Below are positions 40,105 to 51,780 of a stretch of DNA of 64,000 bases, piece after piece. The notes beneath the pieces were generated by a model. It did not search any database and had not been told where the DNA came from. It saw only the letters and a program-made list of their open reading frames with translations. The DNA comes from Yuukianura sp. NJ FZ-2021 (lineage: Eukaryota). The stretch is taken from contig CM102290.1 of assembly GCA_046563655.1 (NCBI GenBank), positions 2,480,001 to 2,544,000 of the forward strand. The letters are read 5' to 3'. The translations under genes were made by a program, and so were the position numbers. Numbering within the stretch: position 1 is the first letter of the stretch; each line of letters starts with the position of its first letter.

Positions 40105-40132
40105 AAATTCTGGATTTGCAAATCCAGAATTT
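40105..40132. repeat. perfect 28-bp spacerless palindrome
   Basis: AAATTCTGGATTTG|CAAATCCAGAATTT. Confidence 0.9.
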
Positions 40133-42254
40133 AACAAAAAATTTTTACTTTAATGAAAGGAAAGTTAAGAATTTTAGTATATGGAACTGGGATGAGGGAA
40201 TTATATGTGAAAAAGGGTTGAAATTTAAAAAGAGAAGTTTTTTACGCAAGTTGGTGAAGTTTGTGTTTAGAACTAAGACATTTGAAATTCGACGCCACAC
40301 TCCGTTCAACCATTGTTTTTGTGTTAGCGCCAATTTCAATTTCTACCCCTTGAGTCACCACAACCTTACAGGTTCAGCTGGTTTCCCAACGGTTTACGCA
40401 GTTTTGTTTCTAATTGAACTTTAAACTCACTCTAAACTGTTAAATCCAGAAGAAGTCAGTAAAGAGCGTAAACTACAAACACATGTTACGTAAACGTAAC
40501 ACGCCAGCGTTATGAAAATGTCAAAAAAGTCAAGGTCACCGGAGTAATTTGCATTTTTTTAAAATGCCTTTTTTATATATATAAAATCGAATTTTGTAAA
40601 ATTGTTTTGTTCAATTTGGAAAATTCAAACGGAATTTTGTTCATAGTTGGTTTGGGATTAATTGTGGATTTGTTAGAGCAAATTCGAATGTGCTTGCTAG
40701 TTCCGTTCAGAAGAAGACTTGGTAGGAGTTGAATTGTGTGTAAATGCATTTGAGCCACCTGATCTCTGGGATTAAGGTTGTTAGCACTAATTAGTTTGAG
40801 TCTGATAGGATTACAGGGCACTCCTGTCTTCACACCTCATTTCCATCAAGGGTGTAAAGGACTTCACACTTTCACTTTCTCCGCGAATTACCATCTAGAG
40901 AGCTTACTTAACAGACATACACAAATTAAGCAAAAAGCTGTAATTTTTTTTGTATTGTGAGAATGCTAAATTTTGCGAAATATTTTTCAAAGGTTTCTTT
41001 GGTACTGGAAGGAGAAAGTTACAAAGTATAAGAGGCCTTTCCACAGGCTATTTTTGGCAAAATGACATTCCAGCATTCGTATCACGTTCCAAAAGCTGAA
41101 GGATCAATTGATTTGAATCTTGGTTTATGCTCTCTTTCCAGCACCCTCCAACTCCAGCTAAACAGCATTTCCTCAAAATTCCACAAGTTCCTGGAGGCTA
41201 AATCTCTATTTGTACCTCTTCCCCCTTTGACCCTCTTCCAAAATCCACACTGAACACAATAGGTTAAACTAACTGTACACGATGTAGATGGAGTTTTGTT
41301 TTTTGGTTCAAAACGGATTGTAACTCCATCCATAAATTAGTCATCATGCACTTTCCGTTTATTTACTCAAGTTCATAATTAGTTAGTAGCTGGAGATGCC
41401 GAATTGTGTTTTGTGTTAATGAACTTACCTGTTTGAGGAAAGTGGAATATGATGATGGTGCGGCTGGAAGTTTTCGTTTTCGAGTCGCTGATCTGGTTGG
41501 AATGAATTGTAAATATTGCAAGGGGAATGGAGACGGAACCTGCCTAACCATGACAAACAATGTTTACCTTCTAATAAGCCAAGGCCCTTCACTTATTTAC
41601 ACACCGACCGAACCTGCTGAAGTTTCGGCCATTTTCAGAAAAAAAGTGGTGCCTTTCTCTCCTGCATCTCAGAAAATAAATATTATTTTTGCCTGTTTCA
41701 GTAGTGCACTGACCAAAGTCACTTTTTAATTTTTAATTTAATTTCTCAGGTTCAGTTTTCAAAAAATTGAGTTTCGGAAGTAGAGTGGGCTCCAAGCCCT
41801 GCGGCCAAAGGGAAAAAGTGGTAAAAGGTGAGAACGGCGGCGGTTTTGTGGGGCTGGAGTGCGCAACGAAGGTGTTCTGGAGCCTTGTGGATTTGGTTTG
41901 ACGGGGGTAGGAGGCTTTCTTGTGCTTTCTCCATCCCTACAAATTGGACTACCGAACTAGAGCCTCTCTTCATTCTATCACAGAAACTGAGTCAATCCAA
42001 CTGTCTCCAAGTCTCTCCGTTTTGCTAAAATGTTAGGCTAGGTTAGTTGTGTAAACCTGTGAAGGTGTGGTTGGAAGACTTGAAAACGTACAATTTTTAG
42101 CCCAAGAGAGTTACTATAATGGGTGGAGAGAAGTGAGAGGTCAACTGGCTCGATGACCTTAACTTCGACGTTGGACTTAGACAATATCCAGAACGTCGTG
42201 ACCTAACTGTTTGATCCCTTCGGGGTCAACTTAACTTAACCTTTAGACAACATA

Positions 42255-42342
42255 ATGAATCGGCAAAGGAGAAAGCAGTGGAGTACGCTGGAAGGAGATC
42301 AAGTCAAAATCCTTCTGCTTCTTCTGCTCTTCACGCATCCAG
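42255..42342 (+). CDS. CA10: CARP first coding exon, signal peptide (MNRQRRKQWSTLEGDQVKILLLLLLFTHP)
   Basis: ATG at 42255 just after an acceptor-like ctttag (42246). Hydrophobic ILLLLLLF core; donor CCAG|GTAAGG at 42343, phase 1. Joins the 50052 exon to give ...FTHPGSHA/VSWEEWW, a plausible signal-peptidase site. Confidence 0.7.
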
Positions 42343-45300
42343 GTAAGGATCAACGTCTCTGACTTTTCATCCCTCTTCTCCCCTTTATCAACTTCACACT
42401 GTAATCATGCTCAATTTTAACCATAACATAAAACAGTGAAAAAAAAGTTGCAATTTTTTTTTGTCTCAAATCCAAAATTTTTGCAATACTTTGTAAATTT
42501 TGTCTTCCTAGTTCAACTGCATAATTGACCCTTCGATTTGTATTGAAATGGAAAAGTTTTCACTTTGAAGTTATTATAAAAACAAGGGTGGAATAATGAC
42601 ATTTTTAGTCAAATGGCAAATTGAAAGCACCGCAAAATTGTATCGCTGAGTTTAAAGCTAGGCTTGTTGGAGAAACCGAGAAATTTTTAATCAAAAGAAC
42701 AATATGTTTGTAGTTTCAATAAAATTCTTGAGTTCACAGTAACCGTTTGGAAGCTCAACTTTATTATGTAATTCTCTTTTCAATTGAGTTTAGACAATTC
42801 GGTGGCGATAGTATTAAAACAACAATAGTTCTGACCTCTGACACCACTTTGGGAGTAATTGTGGGCATACAATAGCAAAATTTAGCCCTGTTGAAACAAA
42901 TTTACACTCCTCGCTGTCGAAATATAATGAACCTAGATCTCCTTTCGCACAATTTGTTTTCCCAATGGCTTGCGAAAATTTGAGAAACGTGAATTCCTTT
43001 GAATACGATGATCCCGTACTTAGAGTTTTGTAGCTATTTTGGAAAAGGACGGAAAGTGATTGGTGGGATGAGGAGAGATTGGATCCAATTGGTTTCTGGA
43101 GGCCAAAATAACTAAACTATCTACCGTAGATCTCATCTGCCGAACAATGCAGAAGGTGTTTTGTGTCCTATTTGGACCATTTTCAGTGGTTGGGTTATGT
43201 AGGTTTTAGAAGTGTGCGTTCTTTAGGATTCTATTAGAGTCGTTAGGAGATAAGTGTATGCCATTCTTTCTCAATAAACCTTTACGTTTTGTCAGTGTCT
43301 TCGTCTGCCGCTGGAGAAAGTCTTTGAAGTTTTCGTGTTCCTTGTCCCACTGTGTAACGCAAATGGGCTTCCTTTTCCACTTTGGAGACGCAAATTCCAA
43401 AGACGATCTAAGCCAACGGAAGGGGGGAAACAATTTCATCTTGATCAAGTGGAGGGAGGGGGACTTAGGGCTTAATTTTAGTGCCAAAGAACTTTTCGAG
43501 AAGCTTTCCAGAGAACCTTTGGCTTTGTTGTTTGGCTAACCGCAGAAAACTGACTTTTGGACTTTTGATGAAAACCGAGGAATTTGGAGGATTTAGGGAA
43601 GAATCAGTGCGAAAACACTCGGATTTGGCAAATTTTACAGAGATTTTTTAAACTTTTAGTATCTTATTTCAAAAATTCAAAGGTTGTGACAAATTCAAAG
43701 TTCTGAAGCTCTTCGTATGTTTAGCTTGTAAAGAGAATTTTTGTCGAAGGTTAAGATTTGAGTGGGATTTTATTTTGGGAAGGAGAGTTTGAAGTGAAAG
43801 TTGTAGTTGTTAAATTTGTAGTTGGATCTGTTTGACCTGAGTCTTTGAACTGTTGATGTTAGTTGAAGTGATTGAAGTTGTGGTTTTTGACATCGTGCCG
43901 AAGTGACCTCAGCCTACTAGGTTAGTGTAGGGGTTGGTTAGGGGCGCGGAAGTTCTTTTCTTGGAGGACTTTTGACACTTTGGGGCAAAGAGAAAGTTTT
44001 GGTCGTTGGTGTTGGTCATTTGTATTCTGTTCACAGGAGGCACGAACCTCTAGATTAAAGATCCAACAAATTGCCTCCCTTAGTAAGAGCCCGAGTTATC
44101 AATCAAAATCTACTGACACAAAAATTCATTATCCTCCACTGACTGGAGTGACAAGTTCATTGAAGCCTCTACGCAAGAAGGATCCCCTCCGAAACTTCCG
44201 TCCCACCCAGTGGGTTCAACTTACTTTCCGTCCAAGGTGAAACTTTGCCACGGAAAGTCCTCAGTTTGAGGCAGATGACAGTTGAGTAATACACTTTGGG
44301 GAATGGAAATCCAACAGTAGTGTTGAACTGGCAGTAGTTTTGAACTGGCAGTGGTGTCTCTATTAGTAGGAGACCCATTACTACTCACTATTATCTTCAT
44401 ATTTCACACAGAAACTAAAGTAAAATGGAGACGCCTTTATGGACTCTCGCGGGAACTTTTGAGGTTCGCTTCACCGAAATGTGATGTCAAATTTATCATG
44501 TTTCTCCGCACGCTTTTTCTTTTTTCTTTACTTTCTTATCCTAAGCAGTGAGTACTATAGATGGCCTTTTTTCGTTTTCTTCACTAACCAAACCAAAATC
44601 CAACTCCAAAACTCAGTTTTTGTAGCGACCTGTCAAGTTTAAATCCCTAAAAACCATGATTCCTTGTTTCCAAATGTTCAAAAATCCCTATTTAATGGTA
44701 GCATCAACCTCCTCTGGAATCACAAACAAAATCCGTACACTGCTTTGTTTGTGTCCACAATGTCAACTGAAATCCTATGAAATTAGTGAATCCATTTTTT
44801 CTGAACCACAAATCCTTTGGAATTGGCTTGCCTTGCACACGTTCTACCTCAGGTCTCCGGGTTTGTTGACCTCCCGAACTTTCTCAATTTTTTTTTGAAA
44901 ATTTACCTAGCATAACCTCCTCATTCCTTGATTCCTAAAAACCCGTTACGTCTTACATGCAATAGACGGAAGTTCCAAAGTGAGCCTTAGATTTAGTTTG
45001 ATCTTGGTTGAAGGATGAAGGGAGACAGTGTCAAGGGGCCAACTACTTTCATCCCCCTTCAAATGCAAAATTTGAGTCTGTAGGCATGTGTCATACAAAA
45101 TTAAATGATGAATCACATACTACTACCAGCAATGCAAGTGAAAGTAGAGAGAAAGTTCAAGAGAAAGGCCTGGAAAAGAGAGATTTCCCCTCCTCCGAAA
45201 GGCGTAAAATCCTTGGTTTAAAAATAATAAACAGAACATTTCCGAGAGTTCAAATCCATGCAAAACTTAATCCACTTTGCATGGAAATGAGGACAAAACC

Positions 45301-46211
45301 TAAAATTTATTTAATTAAACTACGATAGAAGGAATAAGAAAATAACGAAGTCTTTTCAACAAAAAGGTTTCATTCATTTCCAAACCATTTACGGAACTGA
45401 AGATCTTTGGAGAAAGTCAAAGCACATCAAAACTTTTCATGCTGTGAAAACAATTTTTTTAAAAAATGAAAACAATCATGCATCAATTTGAAATTCTCAA
45501 ACTACAATATTATTCAAACCTTTACATTTAAAATCAAAATATTATTAATTTCGTGTTTACAATCCCAAGCACTCACAACCCTTAAAAAATTAGACAAAAT
45601 TTCAAAAACAGTAATTTCTGTTTCATTAGTGAAATGTGAAAAAAAAATAGAGCAAGAGAAGCGAAAAAATGTTGGTGCACTGTACATTTTGTTCTTTACT
45701 TTTCATCCCAATTTTTTCCCCTTCAAATCCCAAACAAAGGTGAAAGTTATTCAAGTCCTAATGCAATATGCAGAGACGGAGAAAGGAAAGTGATGTAATT
45801 CCTGTCAGAAAGAAGACTTTTTCATCTTGTCGCGTGTTGACGACAAAGTGGGAAACGGAAAATGAAACCATGAGACTCTGCACTTTCTCTCGCTTGTGAA
45901 AGGAGGGGGTGAGTTTTTTTTATGAATTTCTCACTACTCGTCTGCTACAGCCTAGAAGCTGAAATTCAGCTAAAGATTAAGGTGAAATTGAAACGAAAAA
46001 GAGGGGCCTAAGGGTTTCGTATACTGTTTCTATTGTTGATACGTGTTAGACGAGGCGTGAATCATTTTTTTCTCTTCTGGTGGTGTGGTTCCTAAATAAT
46101 AAATTTTGGTACAATTACTTGATGATTACACACCGTGAGAATCGTGAAGAAAAGGGAGGAAGGCTTGTAGGACCTAATGATTATTAAATTAGCTCAAGGA
46201 GACTTTCTCCG

Positions 46212-46284
46212 TAGGGTGACTCCTTGGAGGAACTAACCTAAACAGTAACCTAAACTAGGGTGACTCGTTGCCAGACTAACCTAA
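46212..46284 (+). repeat. short imperfect direct repeat (44-nt period) containing AACCTAA motifs
   Basis: tagggtgactc.ttg....actaacctaaa starts at 46212 and 46256; the inverse word gtcacccta is at 46318-46326. Confidence 0.6.
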
Positions 46285-49200
46285 ATAACATAGTAGAAGT
46301 ACCGCCTGGAAGGCCTTGTCACCCTAACTCAGTGGGATATTACCAAGAAAAGCATTTAATAAAAGGAGCAATGGACACTGTTGAGAGAGTCGTAAAGATC
46401 CTCCTTTACAAAAACTAGCTTTGCTTTCGCCAACTTTCACTGCAGCTTTTTTTATTTTCAAAACACTTCGCGCCGAAGTAATTAGAAGAGTACGATGTGA
46501 ATTAACCTACTACTAGTAAGTTAACATCTTAAAAAACTTATGGATTAACTAAAGTTTCATTGAGCTCAGAAATTAAAAACAAGCTCATGGGATTAGCTCC
46601 AAAAGTTCTATTTAAAAAAATTGTATTTCTACAAATTCGTTAGTACTATGGAACTTTTTCAGTTTATTTGCTTTTCAAAGTTAATTATCATGACTTGAAA
46701 CTAAAAAATGTTTAGTAAAAGTCAGATCCTTTGAAGTTCAAAAGAAACTTCCAAATTAACTTTTTCTTTCAGCAGTGTACTCAATCAGTTTTTGGTGCGC
46801 AAGCACGTGACAAAATATACTAGATTTGTTGTTCAAGTTCAATCTGAGCGATGCTCTGAAAGATGTATTTTCTTGCTAAGGGACTTCTGGTGTAATGTCA
46901 GTGGGAAAAGAAAGTTTTATTTTGTTTTTTTTTGCCGCCTGTGGTAGATCCGTAGTTAGATTAACCTTCCAGGAAGTTGTTTTGTATGGAGCCTTGTTGT
47001 TATATGGCAAAAGCCTCCGTGACCGTGGCCTCTGTAATGTCAAGAAGATGTCCTGCTCTATTTTTCTATTTAACTTGTCATCCCGATGTGGGGGAGGTAA
47101 CGGAGACTTATTACTTCCAACATCCAGGAAGGGCCTTGTAAGCAGCATTCGGCAGTAAATTTAACTTAAGGCCTCCACCATCTCATCCCGCCAAAAACTT
47201 CCGTCCTCTTTCAACTTATACACATTATTGTAATGACTTTCTTTCATCCTTGTAGAGTACAAAACAAAGGTTTGAAGCCTTAAGGCTCTAAAACAATGAA
47301 ATTTTAGCAAGGAAAGCAAGGACCATTCGATTGTTTTTTGAAATCCTCTAGCCAAAAATGCATTTGAGCGGGAGAAATTTTGAAATTCAGAGACACAGTT
47401 TCCATAACTAGTAGTCAATAGAAATGGTTTCATTGCCCATTTATTTCTTAAGTTACGGATATGGTGTAGTCTGGGTCACTTTCCAATTGAATAGCTTTTC
47501 CTTCAAAAGGTTTCACAAAAGAAGCTCAATGGACAAAATTTTGAAGAAAAAGAGTGAAATATAGGGCAGAGTGTCTGTACTGTGAACTAGTGTAGCCTTT
47601 GTGTGTCCTAAGCTATGTTTTGTCTGAATTGTAGGGTTGAACGATTATGATTCCATTTAAAGAAGCGGGGGAAAGAAGTGTATCTTGTAGGGCGAAGTAC
47701 AATTGGACCCATAAAAAGTGAATGCTCAAAACTTTCCCTGGAGCATCTCCCCTCTGCCCTCCTTTTCCCTTTCATGACAATCCATTCAGATCTTTATTCC
47801 CTTCTCCTCCATTTACTTCCAAAGACTTCCGACAAGTTAGACTACACTCTAATCCTAGGATATAACAGATACAAAACTGAAAAAAAAACATGGTAACATG
47901 GGACTGCTACAAGTTTTTGCGGATACCAGCTGATACAAAATTACTACAGCATGGAATTTGTTACAAAAACTGCCCATTAGTTTATAAAAATTTAGCAACC
48001 AAATTAAATTTTGTGAAATTGTGATGAGGCATTTTCTGAAATGTAATTTGAAAAAAATTGAGCCAAAGCGCACTGCGGAAAGAAAACTTTTTTTTTGTCC
48101 GTATTGTTTGAGGTTGATGGAATTGGAAACAAGAGAGAGTTTTGGACTTGGTTGGCGGACAAACAGAAAAGTGTGGGATTTTTGATTTTCGAATCTCCCG
48201 CACTTGCTGTCCGTTGCCACATTCCCCTACCATGTCCGACAGGAACAATAATGAAACTTTCTCTTTCGTAGAAAGTCCCATACAGTTTACTTTCTGTTCG
48301 ATTAAGATGCTCAATAAATATCGCCGAAAGTCCACACGAGTCCAGTCGACAGCGTTTTCTTCCTGTTCTTTCAGACTTTTTCTGGAGTTTGTAGGAAAAG
48401 ATTCAGCAGCAGTACAAAAATGTCTTCGTTTTTGTTCATTAGTCCAATAGCCTTTGCAGAGGAATCCAAAATACCTTCGGAAATAGCTTCCCGTTCAAAG
48501 TCAAGCACAAACTATTTCCATTATACTTTCGGAGACAAAATAGCTGAACAAATTCATTCTCTTGAGTCCTTTCATAACATTTCTGATAAATCCAAATTAA
48601 ACTACACATAGAATCCTCTTTCGTTCGGAACAATTCTTGCAAAGGGTTTCTTGCCAAAAGCGATTGATTTTCGCAAAAAAAAATCGCGGCAAATCAGTAA
48701 TTTGAACTTGGCAATTTTCAATTTAGTTTTAGGAAACAATGTTTTTCAGTTCCGAACTTGTGTCGTGATGCTGTAGTACATAAATTATTTGGCTCAACTT
48801 TTTCGTTATTTTCCGAAATTTTCTCTGTCTATGATGAAATTGTTTAAAAAAAACGTACATTTCAAGTTTATTTCCCAGAATTGAAAATCTATATTATAAA
48901 AAATTCTCAAAACACACAACTGTTCTATTGTTTGAAAAAAAAAATTACGAACAAAGTTGCTATAAAAAGTTAGGTTGCGTGGCACGTTTTGAAAAAGACG
49001 CTTTTTTGTTGTGTGTTGGTTTTGGTTGTGTGAATCCAAGTAAATTGATTAATTTTTAAGGGCCCCAAAAACTTATTCATTTCTGGAAGGAAGGTAAAGG
49101 GACATAAAAACTTATCCCATTATTTAGCCCTTCTCAACTTCTAATTCTAATAATACAGCCTGCAGTAGGTTGGAACATGGGGACGAAGGCGGAATTTCTG

Positions 49201-50051
49201 CACCTACGACCAACTTTCTTCCAAGACGCACTTTCACCTTCACTTTCACTTTCCAGCCATTCAATAGAAAATAGGCAGAGGGAAACAAAGTTTGGTCTAG
49301 GACTAACCTAACAATGACCGACACGGACCCCACCCTCTTTCCACTTCTTTGTCTTCTCTAAACTTGTTATTAACCTTGAAATCAATACAAATTCAGTTAA
49401 AATTTTCCCGCCAAATTTGTTTAAAACCGGACCAAAACATGAATGGATTGACCAGTCCTGCCTTGTACCGTGTTGGTTCCCAATTTCTCAAAATAATTTT
49501 TAAAGCAAGGTGTGAAAAGTGTTAGTTTGTTACATGACGGTGGTTGTAATTTTGCTAGGTTAAAAAATCCCACGGCCGTAGAAATCCTGCGGATCGGTTT
49601 GGGAAGCTATAGGTTGAATTTTTTTGAAAAAGCTTCACTGCTGGTCCAACGGGGTAGGAAGGATGGATGATGATGGGCTGGAACGTAGCTTGAATACAAA
49701 ATCAAATCCAGGCGCGCCTAGGTTTCCGGGTGCACAGGAAGACACAGTGTCTGAAGATATCTAAGTTTGAAACCGTTGCTCCTTGTGCGCTTAGTTCAGT
49801 TGTAACTCTACAGCTTGTAACCTTGTAGGCTACACGATCAAGAGGGTTAACGTCACGATTTGAGCTTGACTTTCAGAGCTCTCCATTCTGAGTCAGAGAA
49901 CGTGATTCTTTGGTTTGTGATTCAATCACAAGTCAATGACAACATTCGAACAAGTTGAGGCAGGGTTGAGAAGATGACTGGTGCAATTGAAACAAAGAGC
50001 GAAGACAATGGGATGTCGACTGATGGCCAATGATTTGTGTTCTCATTTCAG

Positions 50052-50102
50052 GGTCTCATGCAGTCAGTTGGGAAGAATGGTGGACGTATGACGGAATTTC
50101 AG
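50052..50102 (+). CDS. CA10: CARP exon 2 (GSHAVSWEEWWTYDGIS)
   Basis: Acceptor catttcag, donor CAG|GTAAGA at 50103. SWEEWWTYDGISGP is the conserved N-terminus of invertebrate CA10-like CARPs. Confidence 0.92.
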
Positions 50103-50448
50103 GTAAGACGCTTTTTTAAATTTTTTGGTTTTTAGTGTTAAATTTTAAACAAACCTTCTGAAATTATTTAAAGTTTTGAAACATTTTGAAATTAGTTGTA
50201 GGGTTATGACAAAAAGAAGATTGAAAAAAGGCATTCGACTTAAAAAGAGTTTCATTTTTTTTAATTCAATGAGTAAGATTTTTGAAATGTTTATGTAGAA
50301 AATATTTGTTTTTATAACACGAAGAATCTTCATTCCTTTTTGATTTTGGGTTTAGCTTCTCATCAATTTGTTTCAATTGGTTTTGTAATTGATGAGCCGA
50401 TTCCTCTATTTTGTATTATGATTTGATTGGTGAGAGTGAGTAGTTAGA

Positions 50449-50580
50449 TTACTTTGGCGGTCCTCCGATGTTGGCACGCTTGAGCATCAAGACTCCAAAC
50501 AACACGAACAGAATGAAGCCAATTGCGAAGAAGAAAGCATGAATCGGTGCATCAAAGATCTGAATGTCCCCAATCATGAT
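50449..50580 (-). CDS. nested antisense gene, exon 2: transmembrane tail (IMIGDIQIFDAPIHAFFFAIGFILFVLFGVLMLKRANIGGPPK*)
   Basis: 72-nt intron 50581-50652 ends in ttttcttgtgcctttcctag. The phase-0 join gives 43 aa with a ~21-aa hydrophobic segment, then TAA. Confidence 0.75.
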   Translation of the reverse strand: MMIGDIQIFDAPIHAFFFAIGFILFVLFGVLMLKRANIGGPPK

Positions 50581-50652
50581 CTAGGAAAGGCACAAGAAAA
50601 AATTGACCTTTGACCTCAAAATTAAAATGTAAAATTGTTGTTTGTAACGTAC

Positions 50653-51780
50653 TCGAGTCATGATTTCCGATTGGCGGTTGATGTAGTTGTCGTAGTTGGG
50701 AAAGAAGTCACGAAAAAGCGGCTGGTAGGGTGGAATGGTCCAGCGACAACGTTTTTGTGCATCATCCAAGGCCTTCTTTGGAGGTCCAATTGGCAGAACT
50801 CGACAATGCAAAATCGGGTTGACAGTAGGACGTGGTCGTGGATGTGGTGTACTCTCCCAGATTTCACTCAGGTCGCATGTTTCGCACAGGAATTCGGGTT
50901 GCTCAATGATCTTTGACCCATGATTGGACGGAACATGGTCGCCACCGTCATTTTCCCCGTCAACTTCCGGTTCCGACTGTTGCTCTTGACATGGCTCTTT
51001 CCCTTCAAGTGGTTCTTCGCCTTGACCTGCACCTTGTCCTTGATCAGCATTTTGCTCTTGACTCGCATCTTGTCCTTGATCAGCATTTTGCTTTTGACCT
51101 GCATCTTGTCCTTGATCTACATCTTGCCCTTGACCTGGCTCTTGCTTTTGTCCAGCATCTTGCCCTTGACCTGCATTTTGCCATTGACGTGGCTCTGGCC
51201 CTTGACCTGCATTTTGCCATTGAAGTGGCTCTGGCCATTGACCTGCGTCTTGCCATTGGCGTGGCTCTTGCCCTTGAGCTTCATCTTGCCCTTGACCTTC
51301 ATCTTGCCCCTGACCTTCATCTTGGTCTTGACCTGCATCTTGTCCTTGGCATGGTTCTTGATCTTGACCTGCATCTTGTCCTTGGCATGGCTCTTGGTCT
51401 TGACCTGCATCTTGTCCTTGGCATGGCTCTTGGTCTTGATCTGCATCTTGTCCTTGACCAAGCTTTTGCTTTTGTTCTGGTTTTGTGTCCAATCTAACAA
51501 CGGAGTCCATGTCAATGTCAGGAAGAAGCATGAGCAGATCTTCCCTGATCTCTTCTTGCATAATACCAAGCTCATCGTTTCCACAAAAGTCAATACGAAC
51601 AGTGTCGTTGGCAGATGTGGTCACGTGCGATCCGCTCGTGCTAATCGTAATCCCCGATAATGTCAGGCGACTGATGTGAATTTCTGAGCTTCCACCGCTC
51701 TCAGGTAAGTCATTTGGCTCGCTGACTGTGGCCTCAGCTGGATCTCCGGAACCATAAGCTTCTTGGTTTGGCACGACCAT
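50653..51780 (-). CDS. nested antisense gene, exon 1: acidic Gln/Gly-repeat protein (MVVPNQEAYG...QSEIMTR)
   Basis: Part of the 420-codon ORF 50581-51843. First in-frame ATG is at 51780, with an in-frame TAG further upstream. Minus-strand donor CGA|GTACGT at 50652. Confidence 0.8.
51020..51460 (-). repeat. coding tandem repeat, 18-nt unit with 36-nt higher-order period (QGQDAG / QDQEPC / PEPRQWQNAG variants)
   Basis: cttgacctgcatcttgtccttggcatgg-type units repeated with variation on the + strand. Confidence 0.9.

Noticed and set aside
47982..48657. Minus-strand fragments faintly resembling a piggyBac transposase N-terminus (LFSYFVSESIMEIV; WTRVDFRRYLLSILI)
   Set aside because: Similarity too weak, frames broken, and no TTAA-flanked TIRs seen; would need a profile search.
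51020..51460. CRISPR-like periodicity (36-nt units)
   Set aside because: The units are contiguous degenerate tandem copies with no unique spacers, lie inside a eukaryotic CDS, and there are no cas genes.
50913..51660. Long + strand ORFs (194 aa, 246 aa) and the - strand 158-aa ORF over the repeat
   Set aside because: Shadow frames of the stop-poor 18-nt tandem repeat. Only the 420-codon minus frame extends well beyond the repeat on both sides and has a credible intron and terminal exon.
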